Below are positions 8,109 to 16,648 of a stretch of DNA of 62,985 nucleotides, one piece after another. A program made the translations under genes and the position numbers. The DNA is from a virus. Taxonomy: Duplodnaviria; Caudoviricetes. Position 1 is the stretch's first letter. The number at the start of each line of letters is the position of its first letter. The stretch lies in IMG/VR virus record IMGVR_UViG_3300034137_000009, positions 1 through 62,985 of that record. One strand, given 5' to 3'. The notes below the pieces were generated by a model. It was not told the origin of the DNA and made no database searches. It saw only the letters and a program-made list of their open reading frames with translations.

Positions 8109-8599
8109 GCGCCCCCCGGACAGCCGCTAAGGTCGTCGGGGGATTCGTCGCGCTCTGCATTGTAGGCGGCACCGTCCAGTCAGTGCTCGCCCACCCCGTC
8201 GAGTACCGTGATAGGATCGTCACGGTAACGGTCACTGCCCCCCCTCAGGTGATCACCAAGACGGTCGAGGTCCCGGTACCTACCCAGGTGCCGGGGCCTC
8301 GGCGCACGGTTCTGACACCCGCTGCGCTCCCCGAGTCATGCACCGTCCTGGCCGGGACTCTAGAGGACTTCGACCGACGTTCGCTCCTCGTATCTGAGGA
8401 CGGTGGTGAGCTCGAACGGATCGTCACCGATCTCGCTCGTGAGACCGTCGGTCACGACCTCGATCAGCTCAACGCGCTCACCGAGCGCGTTCGTACCCTC
8501 AAGGGTACGATGTCGGACAACCAACTCGCAATGCTCGAGGCCAACCGGGCCTTCACCGAGCACTACGCACTATGCCGGAAGGAGTTGAGCAAGAAGTGA
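8105..8599 (+). CDS. membrane-anchored coiled-coil protein
   Basis: N-terminal hydrophobic helix, T/V/P-rich stalk, helical C-terminus; ATGA coupling. Confidence 0.7.
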   Translation: MSAPRTAAKVVGGFVALCIVGGTVQSVLAHPVEYRDRIVTVTVTAPPQVITKTVEVPVPTQVPGPRRTVLTPAALPESCTVLAGTLEDFDRRSLLVSEDGGELERIVTDLARETVGHDLDQLNALTERVRTLKGTMSDNQLAMLEANRAFTEHYALCRKELSKK

Positions 8600-8778
8600 C
8601 GAAGAGTATCTGCATGTGGTACATCGGCCCAGACAAGCTCGAGTGCGGTGCGCCAGCCGTAACCGATGTCACCGTCAAGACCCGCGTCACCCAGGCGGTC
8701 GTGACCCTGTGCGCCAAGCACAAGGCCATCCACGACGAGAACTGGGCACGCGCCCGCAACTCACCGAAGGCAAGCTGA
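8596..8778 (+). CDS. small Cys/His zinc-binding protein
   Basis: C..C...CAKH; GTGA coupling. Confidence 0.6.
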   Translation: MTKSICMWYIGPDKLECGAPAVTDVTVKTRVTQAVVTLCAKHKAIHDENWARARNSPKAS

Positions 8779-8810
8779 CCACCCACTCCCCCACCGGGAA
8801 GGCATCACCA

Positions 8811-10364
8811 ATGACAGAAGCAGTGAAGTCCTGCCTCTCGTGCCCGTCCTACCTGACGGAACCCGCTGAGGTCGTCTCTAAGTTCAAGAAGTCGATCGGT
8901 GCCCCCGTCTGTGGGCGCTTCGGTCACGCGCTCGGCAAGCCCGGCCTGCCCCCCAAGCAGGAGGAGAAGCTGGCGATGCACTACGGCAAGAACTGCCCGG
9001 CCTACGGGGAGCCCCTGCCCCCCGTGCCGCAGGAGCACCGGTTCCAGGTCATGCTCCCCGACCCGGTCGTCGTCTCCCGCACCCCCGACCCCGACATGCA
9101 GGCGCTCGTCAAGACGTGTGCATCCTGCCGTAACTTCGTCCGCGACGACACTGTCGCTACCGAGCTCGGCTGGGCCGCGGGTCTGTGTGCGGCCAAGGGG
9201 AAGCTCATCCTCCCGTCTCGCCAAGTGTTCGAGGCGAAGGACTGCCCGTCGCGTGAGTTCGGCTCGATCCGACAGAACACGACCGGGATGCACCTGCTCC
9301 CCGAATACGAGGACGCGTTTCAGCTGAACGCTGATCCCATCAAGGCCTACTTTAAGGCTAAGGAGGCCGGTGGTATCCCGGACCCCAAGGACTACCCCTC
9401 AGACCGCCCCGTGGCCCCGGACGAGGAGGCATCGGGCATCCGCGCATGGCGGAGGGTAGTTGACCCCGAGGGGTCCGGCAACGAGGTGTTCTTGCCGATC
9501 TACATGTCCTCCCACTTCGACGCCGAGGACCATGCAAAGATTCCCCAGGCTGGTGACGACGAGCACCCCGAGCTCTACGTCGACCACTTCGGCGGCGTCT
9601 TTGCGGCTGCTGTGTCGTGGACCGAGCTCGATGAGACACCCGCCCTGTGGGGTGAGGCCGGTGTCGGTAAGACTGAGCTGTTCCGCCACCTCGCGTACCT
9701 CATGCAGCTTCCGTTCATCCGCATCTCGATCACCGGCAGCACCGAGCTTGACGACCTGGCCGGCAAGATGCACTATGACCCCTCCAAGGGTACGTACTTC
9801 CAGTACGGTCGTCTCCCCCGGTCGTGGGGCAAGCCGTGTGTGCTGTGCATCGACGAGCCGAATGTCGGTCCCCCCGACGTGTGGCAGTTCCTCCGGCCAC
9901 TGACAGACAACAGCAAGCAGCTCGTTCTCGACATGAACGAGGGTGAGACGATGAAGCGTCACACTGACTGCTACCTCGGCATGGCGATGAACCCCGCCTT
10001 CGATCCGAAGAACGTCGGCACGCAGCAGATCGGTGACGCAGACGCCCGTCGCCTGTTCCACGTGTGGGTTCCGCTGCCCCCCGAGGAGCTCGAGCGTGAG
10101 ATCATCGCCAGCCGCGTTGCACTAGACGGGTGGGAGATCGACAAGGGTCGTCTCGACGGAATCATGCAGATCAGCACCGAGCTGCGCGGTCTGTGCCGCG
10201 AGGGTACGCTCCCCATCACCTGGGGTGTGGCGCAGCAGATTAAGGTGGCTCGCGCCCTGCGTTGGTTCACCCCCACAGTCGCCTACCGGCGTGCCGTGGC
10301 CGACTACCTGGAGCCCGAGGCCCAGGACGCCCTCCTGGACGTGGTCCGTGCCAACTTCGCCTAA
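8811..10364 (+). CDS. MoxR/CobS-like AAA+ ATPase with two N-terminal Cys-rich repeats
   Basis: Walker A GEAGVGKT, Walker B LCIDE, sensor AMNP; N-terminal CLSC..C..C and CASC..C..C. Confidence 0.85.
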   Translation: MTEAVKSCLSCPSYLTEPAEVVSKFKKSIGAPVCGRFGHALGKPGLPPKQEEKLAMHYGKNCPAYGEPLPPVPQEHRFQVMLPDPVVVSRTPDPDMQALVKTCASCRNFVRDDTVATELGWAAGLCAAKGKLILPSRQVFEAKDCPSREFGSIRQNTTGMHLLPEYEDAFQLNADPIKAYFKAKEAGGIPDPKDYPSDRPVAPDEEASGIRAWRRVVDPEGSGNEVFLPIYMSSHFDAEDHAKIPQAGDDEHPELYVDHFGGVFAAAVSWTELDETPALWGEAGVGKTELFRHLAYLMQLPFIRISITGSTELDDLAGKMHYDPSKGTYFQYGRLPRSWGKPCVLCIDEPNVGPPDVWQFLRPLTDNSKQLVLDMNEGETMKRHTDCYLGMAMNPAFDPKNVGTQQIGDADARRLFHVWVPLPPEELEREIIASRVALDGWEIDKGRLDGIMQISTELRGLCREGTLPITWGVAQQIKVARALRWFTPTVAYRRAVADYLEPEAQDALLDVVRANFA

Positions 10365-10371
10365 GCACCCC

Positions 10372-10623
10372 ATGAGTGCCGGACGAGATAACGTCGACAC
10401 CATCTGCTGGCGCACCCACCCACACCAGCCCGACAAGGTTTGCCTCCTGCCGGAGGGTCACCTCATCGTTACCGGTGGCATCGAAGAGCACCTGGTGCGT
10501 GAGCACGGTGTTTCCGTGTGGCAGACGCTCAACATCGGTAATCACTGGCAGGTTCACGAGAACCTGCACAGCGACGTGATCCTCGGTTCGGTCTGGGTAC
10601 ACGAGCATGTCCAAGACGCCTAA
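10372..10623 (+). CDS. hypothetical protein (Cys/His-rich)
   Basis: Fills gap; overlaps next start. Confidence 0.5.
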   Translation: MSAGRDNVDTICWRTHPHQPDKVCLLPEGHLIVTGGIEEHLVREHGVSVWQTLNIGNHWQVHENLHSDVILGSVWVHEHVQDA

Positions 10624-10900
10624 CGAGGTTCGGCTTCACGCCGACATCTCGTACAGGCAACTTGACCACTGGACGCGCAAGGGGTACATCACCCCCTTTG
10701 AGCGCGACCGAGAGGGTCAGGGTCACGAACGCGAGTACCCCGAAAAGCAGGCCAACAAGGCCCGCTGGATGGGGTGCCTCGTCAAGCTCGGCATCGACGT
10801 TTCCTCCGCCGAGCGCATAGCACGGCTCGTCGTCGAAGGCGAGAACAAGCTCTACCTCGGTCACGGAGTCACCGTGATCGTGGAACCTCATAGACACTGA
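10607..10900 (+). CDS. MerR-type HTH DNA-binding protein
   Basis: ISYRQLDHWTRKGYITP...GQGHEREY, typical MerR/BldC-like signature. Confidence 0.8.
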   Translation: MSKTPNEVRLHADISYRQLDHWTRKGYITPFERDREGQGHEREYPEKQANKARWMGCLVKLGIDVSSAERIARLVVEGENKLYLGHGVTVIVEPHRH

Positions 10901-10911
10901 GAGGCAATACC

Positions 10912-11484
10912 GTGGGACTCATCGTTTCGCAGGGCTGGACCCCCTTCATCGCCATCATCCAGGACCACCTCCGCATGGCCAGGCCCCAGGTTCTCGGCAA
11001 CTCCAAGAAGGACCAGGAGATTGCCCACTTCGTCTGGGCCGCGCACCGTGCGGCTCGCGGTACGTTCCTATCCTACATCGCCACGACCGAGCGCGCCACG
11101 CTGATGGAGCCGCTGCTGGCCCACAGCGAGCGGAGGTACATCAACATGGTCTCTCCCTCCATGGCGCAGCGCTGGCTAAACGAGATCGAGGACGCCTGGA
11201 AGGCGGGCGAGTTCGAGGAGTACGGTGACGATGATCTGTACTCCCACCTGTGGGAGCAGTTCGTCGAAGTCGTCGTCAAGGGCGAGGACGACTGGTGGAA
11301 CACGGTGTACGAGCCGAGCCGCCGCGAACTCGTCCTGGCCGGGGCTTTCGACCCCCTGCCGCGTGACCGCGAGTACCTCGCCGAGCGCGTCGAGAACCTC
11401 AAGGCCCTCCACACCCCCTACGAGGCCGCGCTCGCCAAGCTGGACGAGGCCGAGGTTACCGAGCTGAACGAGGCACGGCCGTGA
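10912..11484 (+). CDS. hypothetical protein
   Basis: GAGG RBS, GTG start, codon bias. Confidence 0.7.
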   Translation: MGLIVSQGWTPFIAIIQDHLRMARPQVLGNSKKDQEIAHFVWAAHRAARGTFLSYIATTERATLMEPLLAHSERRYINMVSPSMAQRWLNEIEDAWKAGEFEEYGDDDLYSHLWEQFVEVVVKGEDDWWNTVYEPSRRELVLAGAFDPLPRDREYLAERVENLKALHTPYEAALAKLDEAEVTELNEARP

Positions 11485-11657
11485 GAATGGTTCGTATTCA
11501 GGCCCGAACTAGCTTTCGGGACAGGGCTAACCCAAACATCTTCATCTACATGCGCCTCTGTGCCTGGCGCACTCGACACTGGGGTGTAGGTAACAGAACA
11601 TCAGTTCGAGTCTACCGGACGGCGTTCCCACCCCCGATCCCCTAAAAGGGAGGCACC

Positions 11658-14540
11658 ATGACAACAACGTCAGCTGACATCTTCAGCACCAAGAACAACG
11701 TCACCCTGTCGGACACCGACGAGAAGGCAAGGCGGGCGGTCAAGGCCTTCCGATCCCTGCAGCCGACGCTCAGCGCCTACGCCCGCGTGCTCACCAAGAA
11801 CCCGCGCATCGTGGTCGAGATGTCGTCCTCGGACAACGGCTCAACCGACGGCCACAAGATCTACTATCGTCCCCCCATCAGCCTCGGCGAGGACGTTCAG
11901 CACGATCGTCGGCTGTGCGACAAGCGCGACGCCGACCTCACCCCCCTGTGCCGGGCGTGCGAGGTGCGCGAGGACACCCTCGTGACTATCTATCACGAGA
12001 TCGCCCACATCGCTTTCGACAGCTTCGCAGAGACGAAGGACGAGGAGCGTGCTGCGCTACTCGAACGTGCTATCAAGGAGCACGGCGGCCGGTACGCCGC
12101 GCTGCTCCGCCGCAAGATCGAGGTGGCCCCGTCCTACGTGAAGAACTCCTACATCGGTATGGCCGGGTTGATCTCCGACTTTCTCCCGTTGCTGGTCAAC
12201 TGCCTGGAGGACGCCCGCGTCAACCGCGAGATGTTCACTGCCCGCAAGGGCACCAAGGTCATGTTCGATGCCAACACCCACCGTATCTTCGAGGGTGGTG
12301 TCGAGCAGCGCGACCCGAAGACCGGCAAGATCATCACGGTGATGTGGAACGAGTACCCGCTCAACATGCAGGCGCTTGTCGGCGTCTTCTGCAAGGCATC
12401 GGACTACAAGTACGACACGTGGTTCGCCCCCCAGGTCGTTCGCGCCCTGGACGACGCCGAGCTGACCAACCTCGTCAACCGTATGCGGACCGTGCGATCC
12501 GCAGCCGGTGTGTACGAGCTGTCCTTCCCCGTGCTGGCGCGCCTGCGTGAGCTCGGGTTCTGCAAGCTTCCCGACGACCCCGAGCCCGAGCCCACCCCCG
12601 AGGAGAACGACGATGCCCCCCAAGAAGAGGACACCGATCAGCCCGACGAGGCTGACGACGACGGAGGGCGAGGAGGAGATGACAAGCCCGATGCCGACTC
12701 CGACGGACCTGCCTCCGACGGCGACGACGATCCCGAGGGAGACGCCCCCGAGTCTGAGTCCGAGGACGAGGCCACTACAGGGGAAGGCACCGATGCCTCC
12801 GATGGCGGTGAGCCCGACTCCAACGATGATGGAGATGCTGGAGGAACAGGCGCAGGCGAGGATTCAGGCGATGAAGAACGAGGCGAAGGTTCTGATGGCG
12901 ATGGAGCCGAGCCCGAGGAGGCTGGAGCCGACGAGCCCAGCGACGATGCCGGAGACGGCGCAGGAGCCGGTGACGACGGGGAGGCCGATGCCCCTTCGGA
13001 CACCGGAGATGGTGAGGCGGCAGAGGGAGCACCTGGCGAGGAAGGTGATAGCGAGCCCGGTGCGGGGTCTGCTGGAGACGGAGCACCAGTTTCACCCGCA
13101 GACGGATCTGGCGACGATGGTGACGCTGGCGACGGCGAGCCTTCCGATGCCCCCGGAGCCGAGTCTGAGGACGGTGCTGGCGACGGGGGTGATCGTGAAG
13201 CGGAAGGGGGTGAAGGTGACACTGATGCAGCAGCCGAGCCCGACGGGGAGGCCGGTTCTCCGACAGCAGCTGGACAGCCCAACGCTGGACACGCCGAGGG
13301 TGACGACCGGGACGGGCACCCCGAAGGTTCTGATGGAGCACGCGAGGACGACGCTGGAGCTGCTCCTGAGGGTGGAGCCGAAGCTGATCCCGCCGGGCCC
13401 TCGGTGGATGGGGATTCTACGGAGGCGGTAGACGACGAGGTGATCGACACCGGTGCTGACAACGGCACCGGTGGGATCAAGGTCAACGAGTCGGACGACC
13501 CCGATCTGCCGATGGGCACCCCCGACGAGGTGAAAGCCGGTCTGGTCAAGTTCGGCGACCACGAGGAGAAGCCCAAGTCGGTTGATCAGGTCCGCGACGA
13601 GATGGCTGTAGACAAGGCCATCGTGCAGGGCGCGTACTTCGAGACGCCGTCGTCTAGGATTCACGGCGTGCGTGAGCACCGGTACGGCAAGCCCGAGATC
13701 GATCGGCACGGCTTCGACTTCAGCCGTGCATGGAAGAACCTCGGTTCGTACTTCGGCTACTCGACAACCGCCCTCGGACAGGACGGGGAGTTTCTCCCCA
13801 CCGAGAGTGTCCTTGGTCCGGCCCTACTGAGGATGCGGGTCGCGTTCTCCGACAACCAGCGTGGCAACATGGCGCGGCACAAGCGTTCGGGCAGGATCAA
13901 CGGCGCTGTACTGGGTAAGCGTGCCCCCCTGGAGGATGGTCGTCTTTTTCAGAAGAAGACCATGCCTGGCAAGAAGGACTACTTCGTGCTCATCGGTATG
14001 GACGTATCTGGTAGCACCGTTGGCCAGAACATCGTGCTCGAGAAGCAGGCCGTCATGGCGCAGGCCGAGCTGTGCAGGCGCATGGGCATCCCCTTCGCCA
14101 TCTTCGCGCACAGTGGCAACCACCACGACAGCCAGAACGGGTCCGTTGGCATCGACCTTGACATCTACATCATCAAGGAGCCCGGTGAGGTGTGGGACGA
14201 CAAGGTCAAGGAGCGTCTGCTCAAGATCGGTCCCGATGCAGCCAACATCGACGGTCACACGATGGAATACTACCGCAAGGTGCTTGACGGTGTGGATGCG
14301 ACCGACAAGATCATCATGTACTACACCGACGGCAAGATGCCTGCGGAGAACTACGATGAGGAGTTGGAAATCCTCCAGCGCGAGCTCCGCATCTGCAAGC
14401 AGAAAGGCTACACCGTCATGGGTGTTGGCATCCGTACCGACTCCCCCGTCCGACACGGCCTCGATACCGTGCAGGTTGACGGTCCGGCCGATGTTGGCAG
14501 GGTCGTGCGTCACCTCGAGAAGAGGTTGACGGGTGCTTAG
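11658..14540 (+). CDS. CobT-like VWA-domain protein with N-terminal HEXXH and long acidic linker
   Basis: YHEIAH and LEDARV motifs; MIDAS DVSGS, YYTDG; D/E/G/A-rich linker about 12570-13500. Confidence 0.85.
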   Translation: MTTTSADIFSTKNNVTLSDTDEKARRAVKAFRSLQPTLSAYARVLTKNPRIVVEMSSSDNGSTDGHKIYYRPPISLGEDVQHDRRLCDKRDADLTPLCRACEVREDTLVTIYHEIAHIAFDSFAETKDEERAALLERAIKEHGGRYAALLRRKIEVAPSYVKNSYIGMAGLISDFLPLLVNCLEDARVNREMFTARKGTKVMFDANTHRIFEGGVEQRDPKTGKIITVMWNEYPLNMQALVGVFCKASDYKYDTWFAPQVVRALDDAELTNLVNRMRTVRSAAGVYELSFPVLARLRELGFCKLPDDPEPEPTPEENDDAPQEEDTDQPDEADDDGGRGGDDKPDADSDGPASDGDDDPEGDAPESESEDEATTGEGTDASDGGEPDSNDDGDAGGTGAGEDSGDEERGEGSDGDGAEPEEAGADEPSDDAGDGAGAGDDGEADAPSDTGDGEAAEGAPGEEGDSEPGAGSAGDGAPVSPADGSGDDGDAGDGEPSDAPGAESEDGAGDGGDREAEGGEGDTDAAAEPDGEAGSPTAAGQPNAGHAEGDDRDGHPEGSDGAREDDAGAAPEGGAEADPAGPSVDGDSTEAVDDEVIDTGADNGTGGIKVNESDDPDLPMGTPDEVKAGLVKFGDHEEKPKSVDQVRDEMAVDKAIVQGAYFETPSSRIHGVREHRYGKPEIDRHGFDFSRAWKNLGSYFGYSTTALGQDGEFLPTESVLGPALLRMRVAFSDNQRGNMARHKRSGRINGAVLGKRAPLEDGRLFQKKTMPGKKDYFVLIGMDVSGSTVGQNIVLEKQAVMAQAELCRRMGIPFAIFAHSGNHHDSQNGSVGIDLDIYIIKEPGEVWDDKVKERLLKIGPDAANIDGHTMEYYRKVLDGVDATDKIIMYYTDGKMPAENYDEELEILQRELRICKQKGYTVMGVGIRTDSPVRHGLDTVQVDGPADVGRVVRHLEKRLTGA
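12613..13431 (+). CDS. candidate overprinted ORF (+1 frame) inside the VWA gene
   Basis: GAGGAG 7 nt before ATG; 272 codons open; host-frame codons shift to GAT/GGA/GCT/GAA here. Confidence 0.45.
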   Translation: MPPKKRTPISPTRLTTTEGEEEMTSPMPTPTDLPPTATTIPRETPPSLSPRTRPLQGKAPMPPMAVSPTPTMMEMLEEQAQARIQAMKNEAKVLMAMEPSPRRLEPTSPATMPETAQEPVTTGRPMPLRTPEMVRRQREHLARKVIASPVRGLLETEHQFHPQTDLATMVTLATASLPMPPEPSLRTVLATGVIVKRKGVKVTLMQQPSPTGRPVLRQQLDSPTLDTPRVTTGTGTPKVLMEHARTTLELLLRVEPKLIPPGPRWMGILRRR

Positions 14541-14823
14541 ACAACTGCCCGACAAGCTCGATACCCCGGTCAGGTCATTCGATCCCACCGAAAGGTGGTA
14601 CGAACCTGACCGAGGGTACGGGCGGTGGCTCCGGTACTTCAGAGATAAGTTGCAGCGGGAACTACAGTCGGACCGCTACGACATCCTCGTAGAGGCGGGG
14701 TTGCTGTGTCACAACTACTGGCGCGTGGAAACGGGCCAACTGTGTTGCAGAGGTTGCGGTCCGGTGTTAGCGAAGTCCAGCGGCATCGGTTGCAAGTGCG
14801 ATCACAGATGGTTCTGTTGGTAG
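14533..14823 (+). CDS. Cys-rich hypothetical protein
   Basis: Overlaps VWA stop; CCRGC, CKC. Confidence 0.5.
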   Translation: MLRQLPDKLDTPVRSFDPTERWYEPDRGYGRWLRYFRDKLQRELQSDRYDILVEAGLLCHNYWRVETGQLCCRGCGPVLAKSSGIGCKCDHRWFCW

Positions 14824-14850
14824 GGTGACGTAGCCCGATAGTCAACTCCA

Positions 14851-14886
14851 TCCCGTGCCCCCTGGTGAAGACCGGGGGGCACGGGG
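14851..14886 (+). other. hairpin upstream of the Sm-like gene
   Basis: TCCCGTGCCCCCTGG / CCGGGGGGCACGGGG. Confidence 0.55.
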
Positions 14887-14946
14887 TAGGGTCGGCACTA
14901 CACCCCCGGCCACCGAGGCACGGGGTCACCGACCCGAGGAGCACCC

Positions 14947-15396
14947 GTGACCGTCACCGCCGAGGACATCGTCCAGTTCGCCGAGAAGAAGGTCGTCCTG
15001 ACCTACGTCAACGCGGAGGGCGTCGAGACCTCTACCGAGGGGAAGGCCGAGGCCGCGAACGCGCTTGGCATCCTGCTCAAGCCGAAGGGCAAGACCAACC
15101 TCGAGCTCGTGGAGCTGGCGTCCATCGTCGGCGTCGAGCACGCCCCCGAGCCCACCAAGGAGCTCAAGGCCAAGACCCTCAAGGTCGTGGACCACGGGGC
15201 CGCGAAGACCCACCTGCTCGAGCGCCACGGCTACACCCTGTCCGAGGTCAACGGCCTCGACGAGGCAACCGCGCTCGAAGTCCACACCCAGATCGACCAC
15301 CCGGCCGAGGACCTCGGTCACGTCCACGGGCCGAAGGCCTCCGCCGAGAAGGCCGAGGCCATCGAGGCGCAGGCCGCCGAGGCCGACGCGGAGTAG
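14947..15396 (+). CDS. putative RNA-binding protein (Sm/Hfq-like N-terminal pattern, His-rich C-terminal domain)
   Basis: GAGGAG RBS, strong codon bias; KKVVLTY..EG...GILL...LVELASIVGVE beta pattern; HLLERHG..H..IDH..LGHVH. Confidence 0.6.
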   Translation: MTVTAEDIVQFAEKKVVLTYVNAEGVETSTEGKAEAANALGILLKPKGKTNLELVELASIVGVEHAPEPTKELKAKTLKVVDHGAAKTHLLERHGYTLSEVNGLDEATALEVHTQIDHPAEDLGHVHGPKASAEKAEAIEAQAAEADAE

Positions 15397-15399
15397 ACT

Positions 15400-15860
15400 C
15401 CTATGCCACCACCTCCGACCCCAGGGGAACCCTGAAGGGCCAGAGGGGAACGCCACAGTGGTCGGTGGCCTGGTGGTGGCGTAGGGCATAACAGAACGGA
15501 GTGGTGACGTAGAAGGGTGGCACCACCGCGCTGACTAGGTGGGACGAGGTCAGCACAGGGGCTCATGGGATGAACAGGCAACGGCGTGAAACCCCAGGCA
15601 TGGGGGTCTGTTCATAAACTCGGGGACATCGCCGCCTCGAGTACGCTGGTTCGACTCCAGCGGGGTCCACATCACGCTGGGCTAGCCCGTTGGGCTGTGA
15701 GGACCCCAAGGTCTATCAGTACACGGCGGGTGACGGGAGGGGATGCCCGCCCAGCGTGACCAAACTGCCTGGTTCCTCTGTCGAGGTCTGGCCGGGTAGA
15801 TGCCGTACCAAGCTGCGGCAGCCGGTCTCAAGGTACCGGTCAACGGAAAACTGAGGCGCG
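15400..15860 (+). ncRNA. candidate large structured RNA containing a circularly permuted tRNA-like domain
   Basis: No credible ORF; many consecutive stems; T-arm GCTGG-TTCGACT-CCAGC (15645-15661) followed by GGGGTCC that pairs 7/7 with downstream GGACCCC (15701-15707). Confidence 0.65.
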
Positions 15861-15861
15861 T

Positions 15862-15895
15862 ACACCCCCCACAGTCTAACTGTGGGGGGTGTTGT
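15862..15895 (+). terminator. intrinsic terminator-like hairpin
   Basis: ACACCCCCCACAG-TCTAA-CTGTGGGGGGTGT then TG-rich tail. Confidence 0.7.
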
Positions 15896-15920
15896 GCTGT
15901 GTAGCCAGTCATGCTAGAAT
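15892..15920 (+). promoter_or_regulatory. SigA-like promoter
   Basis: TTGTGC-N17-TAGAAT with TGn extension; downstream TACGGCAC shared with the 6702 promoter. Confidence 0.6.
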
Positions 15921-15952
15921 AGCGTTACGGCACACCCCTATCCGGAGGACTT

Positions 15953-16567
15953 ATGCCAGTCTATAACCGGCTTGGATCGTCACGAGACATCGCCAAGCAC
16001 CCGTTCATCGTGATCTGTACCGAGTCCCACTGCACCCTCCACATGTCCGCCCCTTCGTATGAGGAAGGCGTGCGCGTGTACGGTGCCCACCACTGCCCCC
16101 ACCTGGGAGGCCCTACCAAGATCGGATACAGCGTGACACTCACCATCGTAGAGACAGCGTGGCAGAAGCTGGATGCCGTGATGGATCTCATCATGGACCC
16201 CGCCGCATCGACTCTGCCGGAGCAGACCATGCGTGCCAAGTACGAGGCTCGTGGCATGGCCGAGATCATCGCCCTGTTCATGGGTCCGTTCTTCACCACC
16301 CCCGACGACGTGGCGAAGGAGGCGAAGAAGCGCTGGCAGGCCCGCCGTGACGGTGACACCGCATACGAGACGGTCGGCCTCGGTCACCTCAAGTACCAGG
16401 CGCCCCCCGGCGGTCCGCGTGACAAGACTGTCGAGCCCGCGCACAAGCTCACCGACAAGGAGATCGCAGGCATCAAGGCCGCGCTCGGCTCAGGCATGAT
16501 GAAGGACGTGGAGCTCGCCAAGATGTACGGCGTCAGTGTCGCCATCATCCGACAGGTGTCCGCTTGA
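15953..16567 (+). CDS. protein with N-terminal Cys/His motif and C-terminal HTH
   Basis: KLTDKEIAGIK...DVELAKMYGVSVAIIRQV; GGAGG RBS. Confidence 0.75.
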   Translation: MPVYNRLGSSRDIAKHPFIVICTESHCTLHMSAPSYEEGVRVYGAHHCPHLGGPTKIGYSVTLTIVETAWQKLDAVMDLIMDPAASTLPEQTMRAKYEARGMAEIIALFMGPFFTTPDDVAKEAKKRWQARRDGDTAYETVGLGHLKYQAPPGGPRDKTVEPAHKLTDKEIAGIKAALGSGMMKDVELAKMYGVSVAIIRQVSA

Positions 16568-16593
16568 CAAGAGCAAGATGCTAGCACTACCAT
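16564..16593 (+). promoter_or_regulatory. SigA-like promoter
   Basis: TTGACA-N18-TACCAT. Confidence 0.65.
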
Positions 16594-16648
16594 CGACCCC
16601 CGGCACACCGTTAGTTCTTACCCGGCCCGACAGCCACGGAGTACCCCC

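Noticed and set aside
15421-15600. RNase P RNA (fragments such as GCCACAG, ACAGAA, AAACCCC)
   Set aside because: The conserved GAGGAAAGUCC is missing and the fragments are out of order
15559-15672. Ordinary tRNA gene
   Set aside because: No normal D-arm or 7-nt anticodon loop; the upstream acceptor partner pairs only 6/7 with two G-U; no encoded CCA
15701-15800. Standard tmRNA with tag AWFLCRGLAG after AAACT-GCC
   Set aside because: The acceptor has A3-U70, no clear helix 2 or pseudoknot was found, and the putative resume codon is inside a stem; not supportable without a model search
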